Shown: in pieces, positions 63,417 to 64,000 of the stretch
How positions within the stretch are numbered: the stretch's first letter is position 1
Layout of the letters: every line of letters starts with the position of its first letter
Assembly (NCBI GenBank): GCA_045605765.1
Contig: JAZUQQ010000014.1
Span: 4,076-68,075 of the forward strand
DNA from: Eubacteriales bacterium
GTDB taxonomy: Bacteria > Bacillota > Clostridia > Oscillospirales > CAG-272
Direction of reading: 5' to 3'
Length of the DNA stretch: 64,000 nucleotides
Program-made: the position numbers and the translations under genes
The notes under the pieces: generated by a model
What the model saw: the letters and a program-made list of their open reading frames with translations, nothing else
Database searches by the model: none
Told to the model about the DNA's origin: nothing

Positions 63417-64000
63417 TTATAGCGCTTTGCGCAGCAGTTCCATTATCTTTTTCTCTTCGCGCGAGACCTTCACCTGCGTTATACCAAGAGCGTCTCCTGT
63501 TTGTTGTTGGGACATTTCTTTGAAATACCTAAGATTCACTATTTCCTGCTGACGAGGAGAAAGAGTGGATATTGCCTCTCGCAGAGCGATACTTTCGGTC
63601 AGCTTTTCGAGAAGGTTTTCGCGGTCGGCAATAAAATATTCAAGAGACGTGCCCTCTCCATCAAGTCCTACGCTCTCGCTCAAAGAACGGATCGGACCTG
63701 CGGCGTCGAGCGCGTAAACTATCTCCTCAACGCTCATTTTGCATATCTTGGCAAGCTCGCTAACGCTTGGCTCGCGTTGTTTCTCCGCAAGAAAATTTTC
63801 TCTTGCCCTCATTATTACGCCTGCCGCCTGCCTCGTAGCCCGTCCTACCTTTATAAGACCGTCGTCGCGCAGGAAACGCCGTATTTCTCCAATAATAAGA
63901 GGCACGGCGTAGGTCGAGAACATACATCCGAAGGAAAAGTCAAAGCTTCGTGCCGCCCTCAGAAGTCCGATAGAGCCTATCTGGACGAGATCCTCGTAAT
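63417..64000 (-). CDS. Sporulation-type RNA polymerase sigma factor (SigF/SigG-like); N-terminus outside the window
   Basis: The frame is open to the window edge. Region 2 reads DLVQIGSIGLLRAARSFD...FSTYAVPLIIGEIRRFLRDDG. Region 4 HTH reads SQQQTGDALGITQVKVSREEKK. Confidence 0.85.
   Translation of the reverse strand, partial: YEDLVQIGSIGLLRAARSFDFSFGCMFSTYAVPLIIGEIRRFLRDDGLIKVGRATRQAAGVIMRARENFLAEKQREPSVSELAKICKMSVEEIVYALDAAGPIRSLSESVGLDGEGTSLEYFIADRENLLEKLTESIALREAISTLSPRQQEIVNLRYFKEMSQQQTGDALGITQVKVSREEKKIMELLRKAL

Noticed and set aside
1-64000. Scanned the window for mobile elements, prophage genes, toxin-antitoxin pairs, restriction-modification, Cas, reverse transcriptase/retron/DGR components, and abrupt composition shifts.
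   Set aside because: None was recognised. Every sizeable ORF is either housekeeping or one of the hypothetical proteins listed, and I saw no integrase, transposase or tRNA-adjacent island boundary next to the single tRNA-Leu.

Overview
This is a 64-kb chromosomal window, most likely from a spore-forming Firmicute. The Clostridia-like content includes a SigF/SigG-type sigma factor, the ylmE-sepF-yggT-ylmH-divIVA division cluster, a T-box leader, and many TTGACA-N17-TATAAT promoters. I support about 58 protein genes and one tRNA-Leu(UAA).

Almost everything is housekeeping:
- aminoacyl-tRNA synthetases: asnS, ileS, argS
- tRNA/rRNA modification: mnmG, tadA, queA, miaA, tgt, rluD
- a shikimate operon: aroB-aroC-aroE/K-aroQ
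- dapA and dapB
- typA, pyk, der-plsY, rpmB, yceD-rpmF, lspA, tatD, yebC

I saw no transposase, integrase, phage gene, CRISPR array, reverse transcriptase or recognisable defence gene.

Items worth a second look:
1. A dispersed palindrome-containing repeat of about 50 nt, with at least six copies. In three cases it sits between an SD-like GAAGG and the start codon of genes that otherwise lack an SD.
2. A self-contained operon of a small Tyr-tailed protein, a radical SAM/SPASM enzyme and an ABC exporter. It is bracketed by inverted copies of that repeat and lies next to a signal-peptide-less DUF11 protein.
3. A T-box leader (candidate Asn specifier) separated from asnS by a complete gene on the opposite strand.
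4. Two unclassified promoter-leader-terminator units, upstream of a CNNM-family gene and a lipoprotein gene.
5. A 973-aa membrane-anchored peptidoglycan hydrolase. It combines an apparently inactive VanX-like domain, an M14 carboxypeptidase, SH3 domains and an amidase_2 domain behind an 84-residue Glu-Pro linker.

All family assignments come from motif recognition by eye. No database search was run.
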